NCBI GenBank assembly: GCA_037379345.1
Contig: CM074516.1
Location: 19,282,001 to 19,346,000, forward strand
Length of the DNA: 64,000 nt
From: Perna viridis
Taxonomy: Eukaryota
Direction: 5' to 3'
Below the pieces are notes generated by a model. The model did no database searches. It saw only the letters and a program-made list of their open reading frames with translations, and was not told the origin of the DNA. A program made the position numbers and the translations under genes. Each line of letters begins with the position of its first letter. Position 1 is the stretch's first letter. Positions 1-12,448 of the stretch are shown piece after piece.

Positions 1-327
1 ACGTTTGGATTCATTTATTTGAGTAAGACCGATTGTACTTATCTGAAATGCTACTAGGTCGTATGGCATGGATAATTTATTTGACGTTAAGTTCTTTTTA
101 TTTGGAAGAAGGTAATGCTCAACTAGGCATCTGTATCGAGACCCAGGTCTATAAGTTAATGCGAGATAAACTTACCATTAGGCACAGCTAGATATTTTTT
201 TATCACTAACATCATTTTTTTTAAACTGAAGTGCAATTATTTCCAAATTAAAAAGGAGCTGTCTTTAGGTCTTTTTGCCTCAAATTTTGCAACTAACCTA
301 TGCATATATTGGGCTATTTTTCTATCG

Positions 328-467
328 TTTTAGTGTAGGTCGGAATGCTCGTTTACTTTGTTTCCACGTGTGTGTATTTAGTATGTGTCTATTTTCTATC
401 TCTAATCGTTATACCTAGATTATGTTTTTTGTTCGAATCCAGACAACTTCCCTTGATATCACTTTCA
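328..467 (+). mobile_element. Old, degenerate 3'-end fragment of the Penelope-like element
   Basis: TTTTAGTG..GTCGGAATGCTCGTTTACTTTG at the start and TTCCCTTGATATCACTTTCA at the end align with the copies at 3975-4119, 54526-54690 and 63447-63614. Confidence 0.5.
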
Positions 468-3305
468 TTTCTTTAAAGTACCTTTAAAAATCAAATCCGT
501 AAAATATTTTTTTAAAATCGTCTATACGAAAACCAATTGACCACAACACGAAGACGGAATATTGTTTACCATCCACAGGTGGGTATTTGATAAGAGAATA
601 CCGAATGTTTGTATTGAAACTCACCTTTAAAGTTAAGTTAAGAACTGAAAAGAATGTTGGACTGCATGTGAAGATGGGTGGAATACCTGACACATGGGAT
701 TAAAGACGTTATTGATGATCGTACGCTAGACATGATACTACAATTATAGGCCATTGATAGAGTTGTTGGACTCAGTGTTGACAAAGCTTTGTATTACGGT
801 GAGGTATGGCGATACTGTTGATGTTGAATGCATGTTTACCTTGAACAAACTATGGTGTAAGATCGGAGATGACCTCAGCTTCAAATATCTATAGTTGTTT
901 AGATTGGGAAATGATGAAATACGTGGGATATTTTTCACAAATGTGTATTTTTTAAACCTTCATTTTGATGATATTAAGCTCTTACAGATGACGCCTTATA
1001 TGTAAACCGCTTCTAAACGTATATTCAGATGGATGGAGCATACGATTACACTCCTTCCACAAATGAATTTGAAACGAAGCAATTTATAATTTTGTTTTTG
1101 GCTGAAATCATGTTTTTCTTTACATTTCGGCGGTATTTTCTGATGTGATCCTAAATTCAGAATTCTGAAACTACAACAAAGTTCTCAATTTTAAAACATT
1201 GTATTACTTTAACATGCATACCCGTGATAATTGTTACAATAAAATACGATGTCATGTATTTGTCTAAAGAATAAATTTCAGAAATAACTACACGGTAGAT
1301 TCGATTTACAGTGGCTGTATCATTGGGAAGGTGCTATGATCTATACTATTATTTCTACCCGAAGGGGGCTTACAACTGGGTCATGCACACTTATGGACAG
1401 AAAAAGCATCCATATCCGGTTTGTACATATAAAATCGGGAGCTTGAAACAGTATAATGGCAGCTTCATTTTCGTATACTTGGTAAATGCGAGTGAGGACC
1501 ACTCCAGTCAAGGAAACATAAACTACATGTAGCTTCGATGATTAAATACAAATCGAATCTGGGCTTTCTCTAAGATATGTATGGTACATGTAAAAACATG
1601 GCATTCGAATGTTTACGAAAATGGCATAGGCCCTTAGGACCAGGATTGTTTTTCAATCACAACAAAAATCATTAAATCATGCTGTTTATAATATGCCCAA
1701 TTGGACATATTATAAACAGCATTAAATAGCAAGCGGACATGTCTGAGAAGACATATGATAACTCAAATATGGAAACATGATTTAATGATTTTTGTGATTG
1801 AAAAAAAAAAATTCTTGTCCCAAGGGCGTAATCAATACCGGACAATTCGACCCAAAAACATTTCGGACCATTACAACCCACAGTCCCTTACCATAGCTGG
1901 ACTTTATCGGCCCATAGTTATTTCAGACCACGATAATAGAATAATGCATTATGACAATTAAAACCGTATGTCATGACCCATTTACATGTACCTATTTGGA
2001 AGCTAATAATAACAGGACTGACTAATTATGAAAGGACTTGGGTGTTTGAATTTATATGTTTTTCGGGAGCGTTTAGGGTTTCACCTTCTTTATATTATTA
2101 TGCTGCGAAACTACGACTGATATGACGGATAAAAACAACCTGCTAGTCTAATTAAAGAGGTCATCCATACTTCTTTTTCGATTCTCTTGAACGAAAAAAG
2201 CAACAAATAACTTAACTTCGATCCAGATAGAAACATTCCAAATTACTTCGACCATGGTGTGATTGTAGGTTGCGGTTAGATAATTGTTTTACAAAATTTG
2301 GTGGTCTCATTTTGGCAAAACTGGAATATTTTCATTGTTGGTATACTAGCTTTTTCCACTTTTTTTCTAAATTTACTTTTATTTCTGGTGGTCGTTTTAT
2401 GTTTTCTTTTGTTTGATTGTTTGGTTAGGTTTTTTGTACTGTCTATAGTATAAATATTTTTGTCTCTCTTATTCTTTGACTGTTGTTTTTCGCTACATGA
2501 ACTAAATATTTTTCATTTGGACCATGCCTTTTATGTTAATAAAATCACACAGAGTGACCTTATCGACAGTATATTCTCCTCCTTCATTGGAAACATCATT
2601 GACACCATTTTTATTAAATTACTGCATGGTGTACACATGAGAAAAAAGACTTCGATGCTTTTACGTACAATTTTTAACCCACTTTGAGATTACACTAAAG
2701 TAAGCACAATTAAATTGACCTCTTGAAATGGCAAATCTAAATTACCATAAACCAATACATGTTCTCTTTCAAAAGCAAGTATCTTATTATCACTGTGTTT
2801 TTCTGACACTTGCCGGCAGCAAAGAGGTTTTTCGCATCTTCAAAAAGATATGGACCATCAAGCACAACTTAAGTCCAACTGTGAAGACGAAGACGCTCCT
2901 ACCACAGTATGACACATAAATTGAAAAAAGTGATAACATGTACCTGTCATAAATTTAATAGGATTATATCCGGTACTTTTGAGATTCGTTTTGCCACGTT
3001 TTATATTTAACTTTGTGGGTTAATCAGTTTTTCATTTCTTTACTTTTCAGCAGCAACAAAATCAATGTAAATGTAACTATATCCACTGTTCTAGCATTTC
3101 CACAAATTATTTTTAAGAGTCCAAGTAGAAACCGGGAAGATTCCATGATATGGCGTTACAGAGTAAAAATCAAATTGATCCCATCATATTTTGGTCACAA
3201 TATGGTGTTAAAGACATTATGATTTCTGAGTGAGCAAGGTTTTTATCTAAAAGGGGACCACTCAGAATATATGTTCAAACTTCCCTAACAAATCATATGA
3301 ATTAA

Positions 3306-3516
3306 GGAGGTAGACCTAGGGTAAGGGACACTATTCTTAAAGATCATTGGAAGGTTTATATTCAGCATTTTCATCAATCTTATGTAAGCATCTAATTAAC
3401 TTGGATTCATTTTATTCTGCTTAAAACGAAAGCTTGAAAGGCTTTGGTGAAATTGAATATAATACAAACATATCACTGATTTCATGAGTTATGTCCCTTA
3501 CCCTAGATTTATCTTC
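3306..3516. mobile_element. MITE with TTAA target site and GG termini (Kolobok-like non-autonomous DNA transposon), copy 1
   Basis: Inverted termini GGAGGTAGACCTAGGGTAAGGGACA / TGTCCCTTACCCTAGATTTATCTTC, flanked by TTAA (3302-3305) and TTAG (3517-3520). Homologous along its length to 63200-63646. Confidence 0.8.
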
Positions 3517-3534
3517 TTAGGAACATTTCAATTC

Positions 3535-3858
3535 AAACTATTGACCAAACTTTACGACAAACGTGATGACTTTTCATTTAGAATTGTCAACTTTCCTTTC
3601 ATCTGTGGCAGCATCCCTTCAGCTCCTGCGTATGGAGTGTTCATATCACAACTCATGCGTTATGCCAGAGCTTGCCGAGACTGCGCAGACTTTTTGTATC
3701 GCGCTAGAACTCTAACGAATGGGCTTCTGGAACAGGGTTATGTTGCTACAAGATTGAAGTCATCACTACAGAAGTTTTATGGTCGTCATCGTGAACTCGT
3801 GGATCGTTATGGTGTGTCCATCAGCACCATGTGGGCTGATTTGTTCAACGGGTCATGG
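3535..3858 (+). pseudogene. Fragment of the Penelope-like RT ORF; probable ancestral stop TAG now reads TGG at 3856-3858
   Basis: This is the homologous part of ORF 3484..3924. The first ~17 codons of that ORF come from the MITE and junction, and the last ~22 codons are read-through into the UTR. Confidence 0.7.
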
Positions 3859-4119
3859 TTTTCCTTTCCTCGTTTGTCTATCCCGGACTTGACTTTTTAT
3901 GAGCAACTCGGCAGGTGTTTCTAGAAAAGCAGAGGACGCTTACCCTACCGGTGCATCTGGTCCATGCTCCAAGTTTTTAGTGGAGTCCGAGTTGCTCATT
4001 TACTTTTGTTACTTTGTATGTATGATTTTAGTTACTTTATGTTCTTTGTTGTGTATGTCTGTTTTCCATGTCTGGTCTTTGTCCCTGGATTACATTCTTT
4101 TGATTACCGCTATAATCTT
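3535..4119 (+). mobile_element. 5'-truncated Penelope-like retroelement (Naiad-type): C-terminus of the RT ORF plus 3' UTR
   Basis: Encodes KLLTKLYDKRDDFSFRIVNFPFICGSIPSAPAYGVFISQLMRYARAC..., the C-terminal RT/thumb region of invertebrate PLEs, with no GIY-YIG domain after it. The 3' UTR is shared with 54526-54774 and 63380-63614. Confidence 0.8.
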
Positions 4120-6412
4120 CTTACTACTTAAACAAATTACAAACCAACATTCATTTTTAAAGAAAAAGATGAATTTGTGATCTCTAATGAACGACATTTC
4201 TTTTTGTAAACGAAACTTGGTTTACTGCGTGGGACTTCTGTAAACACCCTAAAAGATCATCTAGAAATTTACTGAAAGTTTGCAATCTATCGTTTGATTG
4301 AACTTGAATATAAACTGTATATTACCTACTGATTACCTTTCATATTTTCAAAGCTATCATTTTTGTATGATCAAATTTTAGTTTTTTTTTTCTATTTTAT
4401 TTGACGTAATCGTGTTCTGTCCTGAAAGTATGAGATAATGTAAAGATATAATTGTAATGTCAGTGCCTAGTATGTCGCTATGAACATTATACAGAAAAAA
4501 GTTTCAAAGCCCAAAAGTCATCGCGTGCTTACTCATCCTACATTTAATTTCCAGGCAAGGAACATTGACACACAAATCATGATTTCCACATCATAATAAC
4601 CGATATCTGGCCAAGCTCACGCGGCAAAACTGTCAAATTCTTTTATCTGCCTTCCCAAGAGGCATGGAATTAACTCCTTACTTGTTATAATCTAATTTCT
4701 CCATTAGATTCCTGATAATCGTTGAGCCCTTGGCTTCAAGCGTTATGATTAGTGGTTAATTGAGCCATTTGGCGGCCGATGCATCGCATCAAATAGGGGT
4801 AATTGATTGTAGAATAGTGACAAAATTATTGATTTGAAAGTTTACTGAGGAAGAAGAATATAAATTGATAAATTGCCAATAATAACACGTAATGGGCATC
4901 AGAATGTTGAGAATTATTTCATTTTGCTTCAATTGATGTGGAAGTCTGAGAAACTGCTGTTAGAGCGATAAAGGCATGCAGAAATAACAAGCGACGCGTA
5001 ATTGGTCTATAAACGCCGTTATGAAGAAGTAGAATTCAATACAAAATGGATTAAATATGGGATTATATTTTTACAACAAATGCTTTCTGCACAATAGTCA
5101 GTTCATATTTTAAAACTTGTATAGCAATTAGTTGTCGAGTTTTCAACTGACCACCTAAACGTTGGTTTTTACATATTTTACTTTTGTAGAACTTCGGGCT
5201 CTCCACTACCACAAACCCTTAAGATCAGATGTTGATGGACAATCTATAACTTGTTCAACCAGCAAATGTCGTGGTTTCAAAGGACCTTCTGTTCTTCTAG
5301 TATTTTTTTTTTTTTTTTGTCGTACTGGAAACTTCTGCCTCCGCTCCCCATAAACATTGAAGTTCATGGTAATTAACAGACATCAAAGGTGTTAAACCCG
5401 CTACTATACTGCCTGCACATAAACCAATGGCGATACTACTTATGCAAATTTTAGATGGTATATTATTGATTTTATTGGAATGTCTCAATTTCACAGAACA
5501 TCTTTATTATTTAACAATGACTTTCATTGTTTTATATTTAACCATGTTTTTGCATTAAAATATAATCTTCATTGGTGTAGATAACTTCGAATTCTGAAAA
5601 CTTCCTGTTCCAAACCGTGTAATCGAGCATTGACGTCATTGCCTTTAGTTTCGTCAAAAGCTTACATGCACATTGTAGGTACAATGTTGCAGCTATTGGC
5701 GGGAGAATCGCATTTCTCTCTTATGATGGATCACCAATCTTCTCTTCTATTCCGTCTACCAAAGCCAGGGCTTCAGAGTAATTTTCTCACCCCAATGCAG
5801 TCTGCAAAACAAAAAAAATGGAAACATAGACGAAATCAAAAACAACTACAATGTTGCATGGATGTCTTACAAAATTGAAACATTTTCTGTTTAACGACTG
5901 TTTAAAAGGCTCTTTTAAGCGCCTTAAATTTGTAATGGATGTTTGATGGGTAAATGAAATGGGAATAAGATTAGGCAATGTATTTTGCACGTATAGGGGA
6001 GATGAATGCGTTTATAATAACTTTTTGATTCATTTAATTATAAACGCAGTCACTCAAAATTGTATTGAATCTTTTCATATTTTTTCAACCTGAATTCCAC
6101 GTGAAGTTTTTCATTATTGATAATTTTATTTTCATCAATATTGTAAGATTCTCTGTTCTTCTGGGTGTGTGGTTTACAGAAGCACTGACATAAGTGGTTA
6201 CACCTTTACTGACAGTACTGTGTATAAACATCAAATGCGTTCTGACATCATAACAAGACAACAATTATTAAACTGATAATGGTGCGAAAAATTTGATAAC
6301 GAGTTATGGTAAAAATTTTGATAACCATTTTATGACATTATTGTAAAGAATTTGATGAACACTTTCTGGCAATTTAACACACATCTTATAGTCGCGATCT
6401 TAAATATAGTAT

Positions 6413-6488
6413 AGAACTGACATTGTAATAATGAACTGACAGTGTAGTAAAGAACTGACACTATAGTAAAGAACTGACATTGTAGCAA
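6413..6488. repeat. 19-bp minisatellite, 4 units (AGAACTGACAYTRTAGTAA)
   Basis: Units start at 6413, 6432, 6451 and 6470, within a region of recurring TTTGATAAC and CTGACATTGTAG motifs (6290-6760). Confidence 0.8.
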
Positions 6489-6789
6489 ACAACTAAATAA
6501 CAAATTTCTGACATTGTAGTTAATATTTTGATAACTACTGGCCGATATTGTTGTAAGCAACTTGGAACCCACCTTTGAATTTGGATATTGTTATAAGTTT
6601 GATAACTCAAAATGTGGTTGCCAAGTTTATCAGGCAGTCAGATTGTTGTTCATATCGTCGCAACTAACTGGAAAATATTGGGAACGATTTGATAACCATT
6701 TCCTGACTGTGTCATAAAGGAAATAATAATGACTTTCTGACATTGTAGTACTGACAATATTGAAGACTCAAAGGTGAATCAACATTCAA

Positions 6790-6920
6790 CAATCAACAAA
6801 AGACGACATTTGTAACACAACAGAACACATGAAGAACAAAAAAATACACACAGAAAAATGAACAACAGTAAAACAAGTTGATAAGCTCGTTCTGAACTTC
6901 AATAAGCACTTCCTGACACC
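6790..6920 (-). repeat. Probable highly degenerate PLE-type 3' tail
   Basis: AC-rich, T-poor tract ending AGAAAAATGAACAAC...TAAGCACTTCCTG, laid out like 10720-10909. Confidence 0.3.
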
Positions 6921-8936
6921 GTAGTCTGCAATAACAAATATCTTTCTCTAAATTAGTCAACGGAAAAGGGCATAATAATGATTCCAGCGAACACACCAAA
7001 TGATACCTATTACACGGAGACATGCTTGATGCAACTAAATGTAGAAATGCCAGTGTTTTAAAGTGTAAATTTCAAGTAATATTTTGTGCAAGTTTGAGAT
7101 GTCTTTGTCACTTAAATTTATATATTTATGACATCCGTTCTTAACAGGTGTTATTTCAGTAAGCACATTTTATGACACTATTACAATAACATGTCTTTGT
7201 ATAGACAGATAGACAGACAGACTCATTTTGCTAATTATATTTCAAATGAATTTTGACAATAATCAAGAATAAGCATTTTAGTTAAGTAATTTATTGACTT
7301 GTTTCCAATTATTTGTTTGTTGGAAAGACAAAACACGCAACCGTTTGGTTGTACCAAAGATCTCTGTCAAATTAAACACAGAACCGTTGCAATCATCCTG
7401 GAAGAGACCAATGTAATTTTAACTTGACTTTAACCTTCACTTTCCGTATTTATGAATAAATGTAAGACTATATATAGGTGAAGGTAAAATACACTTCTAC
7501 AATTTTATGTCGGATTTGAATTTCAAATTAGCATTATTAAGAATAGCAAAAAATGTCTGTTTAGAATATGGGTCATATCACTTCATTCACAGAAATTATT
7601 TAAATTTATTCATTAATATTTCCTTCTTGTATTTGTATATTTATGGAAATTGCTGGTAAAGCAATACGGTAGTAACTGAAACATAATGGGTATCAACTTA
7701 TCGTAAAGAAGCACATATTTCTATGTCGATAAGGCGAATTACATTGTGATTATTTTTATATTGCAGAATACAATATTTAAATGTTCTATAAACAACGTGA
7801 AGAATTTTAAACCAAGTACAATTAACACAGATTTGTTTTTACTCTATTTTTTTTTCTTTGGGGAGGTGGGGTATATACATTGAATTATCCGGTTATTCGG
7901 GCCTTTCAGGACTTACTAGAAGATATGTTCACACTTATGGAAGACCTATAGGTTTAAGTTATACAACAGTGCATTGGTTGCGTTTCACCATATCTATTCT
8001 TTTTTTTTTCTTTTGTACAGTAGTTTATGTTGCCCTTTAGTATCAGACAATTGCATATTCGCTATTTCCCGTTCGTATCCTACCATTAGAGTTTTTATTT
8101 CAGGTTGGTTTTGTTTGTAGTATATTTTACACAGACGATTATGGTATATATGGATAAACCAAAGTATTGATTTAGCATTTAAGACATTATACCACATTAA
8201 AACCAAAGAGTCTAGTAATGACATTTGACCTTTAGCAAATATCATTATTTTTATTTAAGAGATGGTGCGCTTGATTTTTTTCTTTATTTGCTTGCCAAAC
8301 ACAAAGAAACAGATATCATTTTAAAACTTATTGAAGATCTCATTTCCGCATGAAAACATTCATATGATAGTAAAAGTGATTTGCTCATAATACGAGAAGA
8401 TTGAAACCCCCAGGTGGATGTTTGACTCTGTATCATACAAAAGGGTTCATGTTATTGACCTTTTTATAAGTCATGTCTTGGGTTGAAAGTAATACCAAGC
8501 TGCATTTGAAACGCATTTGGGCCGTCTCAAAATGTAGCAATTTTATACAAAGTTCTACTTGATGGATGGTTTTCATTTAATGTAATTGGGTGTTGGAAAT
8601 CTCTCTTGGTTTTTTTAACACTTTGATTTTGATGCCAAAGATTCATGGACAAATCGGCGTAATCACTCTTCAGAAAACTGCAGTAGTAGTCGGACTGCAC
8701 GTGTAGGTGTCTCAAATCTAGATCAGTAGACCTCATTCGCCCTCGTCCCAACCTCTATCTCAAGGCATCATTAGTTTGGAAACTTTTGAGTAAGATAGTG
8801 TCAACGAGGACGATGCTAATCCTTCCAAACTTAACAATTTCACAGACTGCAAAGTTCGGAAAGGGTTATTTAAGCAACTACTTATAATAGGGATGTAAGA
8901 AGAAGCCACGTTATACCATAAACAAAAATATAATTT

Positions 8937-9048
8937 CAAAATGTCGTTAGATGGAGACTACATTGTACCCTTTTGAAACGTTCCCTTAACTACAAAATGT
9001 TGTTAGATAGAGACTACAGTGTACCCTTTTGAAACGTTCCCTTAACTA
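8937..9048. repeat. 56-bp tandem duplication
   Basis: CAAAATGTYGTTAGATRGAGACTACAKTGTACCCTTTTGAAACGTTCCCTTAACTA twice (8937-8992, 8993-9048), 3 mismatches. Confidence 0.95.
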
Positions 9049-9691
9049 GTACCTGACAATAATAAGTTATTGATGACCAAAACTTTAGCTATAATACCAC
9101 AATTAGGGTCTTGTGATAAAGCTATATACGGGGTTGTTGACAATGAACTCTATTTAATGTGTACTGATAGTGTTGGTGTCACTTGTATCGTATTTCGAAG
9201 TTTTGATTTCAAATATTTACCAATAAATTTTCGAAATTGTATGCTTTTGCACTCACTAATTATTGTATTTTGGGGATTTTTTCACGTCATTGTCTTGCCA
9301 TTTGCTTTTTAATAAGAATTTGTTATTGCTTTTTACTTGACCTCTTTTTTCCTCACTAATCCAGTTGATAATCATTAAAAATAAGGATAACCAAAAAATG
9401 AGTCATCCCAATTATTAAAGTAATAATTCCAGCATTTCCTGATTCCATTGCAAGTTCTGTTGAATGTTATGATTAAACGCACAGCTGACTTGAAGGTTAC
9501 GTGTGTCATACATGTACATGTATTTCCTCATTATGTAACACACCATAACAATGAATAAATTCGAAATGCATGACTACATATTTCATTTATATTTTATATA
9601 TGACGAATAAAGTGTTTGTAAAATGCTCTGGTATTCTTTGTTTTAAATTGTATATTTAGTATGTTGTCGAAATGGTGTTCATTTGTATTTT

Positions 9692-9801
9692 GGTGGTCTC
9701 AGTGTAGCGTGCTTGCCTCTAGTGCGCGGGGGTCGTGGGTTCGATACCTGACAGAGTCACACCAATGACTTAAAGATTGGCGGTCACTGCCATCTCCCTA
9801 A
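9692..9801 (+). mobile_element. tRNA-derived SINE head with a Meta-domain-like core (MetaSINE-type), 3'-truncated
   Basis: Degenerate A box, B box GGTTCGATACC (9738-9748), then GTCACACCAATGACTTAAAGATTGG..CTGC resembling the recalled Meta core GTCANACCAAAGACTNTAAAAATGG. Confidence 0.65.
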
Positions 9802-9827
9802 TGCCTTCTCTTGGACGGAAATATAAG

Positions 9828-9939
9828 AGCCAATTTTTGGTCGTTCCCTCTGCGGGATTCGAACTCGTACCGCTGTGACATCTATGGCAACACTGCCTGC
9901 ACAAAGCCCAGCGCCCTAGACCACTAGGCCAGTAGGGCT
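9828..9939 (-). mobile_element. tRNA-derived SINE, family shared with 36876-37030
   Basis: Minus strand GCCCTACTGGCCTAGTGGTCTAGGGCGCTGGGCTTTG...GAGTTCGAATCCCGCAGAGGGAACGACCAAAAATT, with A and B boxes; highly similar to the copy at 36876. Confidence 0.8.
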
Positions 9940-10719
9940 ATAAAATATAGCTTTCACTGGCCGGGTGATTCATCCTCGTAGGATTAATCTAGGGTTGTAA
10001 CTTAGTACACGATGTATGGTAGTACGGGACATGTATTGATATATTAAATTCACCAGTTACTATTGGAACAACTTTGGCGTCCTAATGATGTCACAAAAGC
10101 TAGTTTCGTCGCCCATCTAACCACCCGACGGCCCACCCAGTAAAGCCAAATTCGCCAATTTGTTCGTAAATTAACCTTAAATACCATTTAATACCTCCAT
10201 ACATTCAGATGGTGACCTGATCCGAGTTCACCAAAATTGCCTAAGGCTTCGGTCTGGTTTAATGACAGACTTTACTTCTGAGGTAGAATTAAGTTTTAAA
10301 CAAAATTGAAGTTGACATTTTAATGGAATGCAAAAAGCATCAGGTGACTTATGACTTGTTACTCCAACTATGCGTGAGGTATTGATAGGTATAAATGGAT
10401 TACACAAAGAGAAGGCCCTCTCTCCTGATGATTCCTATATTTAGGAGATAGCGTTACTAAAGCAGGTTTTTGCGAGGACATGAGTGATTACTCAACTTGT
10501 ACTAAGAAATTTACTAGATAAAATATGTATAAGAAATGTTGGTTGAAGACTTGGTAAATAAAAGTGAAACGTTTTCATAAACTATATGCACATTTTAAAA
10601 ATTCTTTTGTTGTATTTATACATTGCATTTACACATTTGGGATTTTGCAGAATGGCCTGGATTCATAACATTTACCCCCAAAGCCTTTACATGGTTTACA
10701 TTAGATGTAGTAATATAGA

Positions 10720-10909
10720 TAGCACAAACTTGAAAAATCCTTATACAAAACATACAACTCCGCCCCCCTCCCCCCCCAAAAAAAAAGACAAAAAAAGACA
10801 AACACACATAGAAAACTAACAGCACGAATTCCACTAAAAATCGGACGTGAACTGAGGTGCTCCGAAAGGAAGACGTTACTGCTTCTTGCATGCCAACAGT
10901 CGTGCTATT
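10720..10909 (-). mobile_element. Divergent-subfamily 3'-end fragment of a Penelope-like element
   Basis: Minus strand AATAGCACGA...GAAGCAG...GGAGCACCTCAGTTCACGTCCGATTTTTAGTGGAATTCGTGCTGTT followed by a T-rich tail; same layout as 3899-4000. Confidence 0.65.
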
Positions 10910-12267
10910 TCTTTAATATCAAGTCCAGTGTAAAGGAAACACATCTTAGAAAAGATAAAACATTGCGGGATCCAAGGATTCGAGAAAATTAATCTAATAT
11001 GACTATTATATAAAATAAGTCTTTCTTGTTAAATATCTACATATCTTTTAAAACATCTATGCTGTTTGCCTTGTTAAACTGAACTAATAGCATATCATCA
11101 ACTGTTACAAAATTATCATGAATTTGGGATTGTAGATTGGAAACTTTTCTAATACTAAATAAGGCAATGCATTCAAATAATTAACATTTTTCTCTTTTTT
11201 TTTTCGAGAATATACATTTTATATTTGCCTACATCAGCAGTGGTAAACCGCATTATCAGTACAATTACCGTACACATGTCGACTAATAATAACAAATATA
11301 GGCTACAATCAATTCTTCTTTCATCTCCTAACGACATTTTGAAAGCTAATCAGTAAAAATCATCATATCTGTTTTTCTGGTTCTGGATTTAGGGCCTAAA
11401 ACATCTACTTGTGATAGTAAACAAAACACTTCTATATTGCCAACGGATGGAGCTAATCTGATGAAAATATTTTCAGTGTACATCTTTTCCGATGATGCAC
11501 AGCATTTCTCGTGACCTAACAATCCACAGTAATAACCTCGTGCCATTATTCTACTTTAGATTTTATAAGCCCATGCAGTGCGTAGAATCATGTTTATGCC
11601 CCTAATCCGACATTGGTATGACATTGACCTTGGAATGTTGTAGGGGAACTGCATTCCTCACACCGAGGCTGTGTGTATCACCGGTTTGGTTATAAAAGGT
11701 GTCCATGATATTTATTGTGAAATTCTCTTAAACTAACAATATAATCCCTCAACAGTCTTAGTTATTTTGCAACTGACCTCTCTTGTTCATCAGTCTATCG
11801 TCTTTTAATGATGGTTTTAGGTTAAATACGACAGAAATGTGTTCTTTGTATTTGAAACTGTAGTTACTTTGAAATATTTAAAAAGATTAGTACATGTAAC
11901 TTTAACTCAAGAAAAAGAACAGAGTATAATAGTCCTTTTCCACATTTAGGGGATGCACGCTTTTCAAATGGACGCAACCCACCAACACACGACGACCTGG
12001 TTGGCGGTCTCATTGGGGAAAGGAATATCTTAACTTAAACTGTTTTTATTTCGGTTTATACCTAAACGGTTTGAAATAGATATTTAAACGTATCCAAGTA
12101 CTTACCACAGCTCCAATAAGTCAAATATCATATACATGTTCATTTCTCCAATCAGATAGTTAACCAGAGAGTTACTCCCCTTTGCTCATAATTTTATAAC
12201 ACGAAATAAAAGTTGGGAATTTGAAAAAGGTCTACTTGAGATACACAAACAAAATAGTCCGAAGTAA

Positions 12268-12448
12268 CAGTGGCGGATTCAGATGAGGTGCAGGGGTTGG
12301 CACCCTGTTTTTTTTTTTTTTTTTTGGAAAATTTGTCATTTTCATGTGTAAAATTTACAAACATTGGCAAAAAATGTTACAGCACCGCCTTTTTCTGAGG
12401 AACCACGGCTGGCACCCCTCCTTTTCAAAGTGTCTGGATCCGCCCCTG
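12268..12448. mobile_element. MITE with CAGTGGCGGATCCAG-type termini, family A
   Basis: Termini CAGTGGCGGATTCAGA / TCTGGATCCGCCCCTG; interior homologous to 29145-29315. Confidence 0.85.

Noticed and set aside
1311-1532. 73-aa ORF preceded by an acceptor-like TTTACAG, a possible exon of another gene
   Set aside because: GTG start, no recognisable homology, and no chain of compatible exons. RNA-seq would be needed.
3899-4180. Similar hydrophobic ORFs here, at 54484-54687 and at 63438-63650 that look like a membrane-protein family
   Set aside because: They are translations of the T-rich PLE 3' UTR, so the similarity reflects repeat copies.
6413-6488. Regularly spaced short repeats superficially like a CRISPR array
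   Set aside because: Head-to-tail minisatellite with no unique spacers, in eukaryotic DNA with no cas genes.
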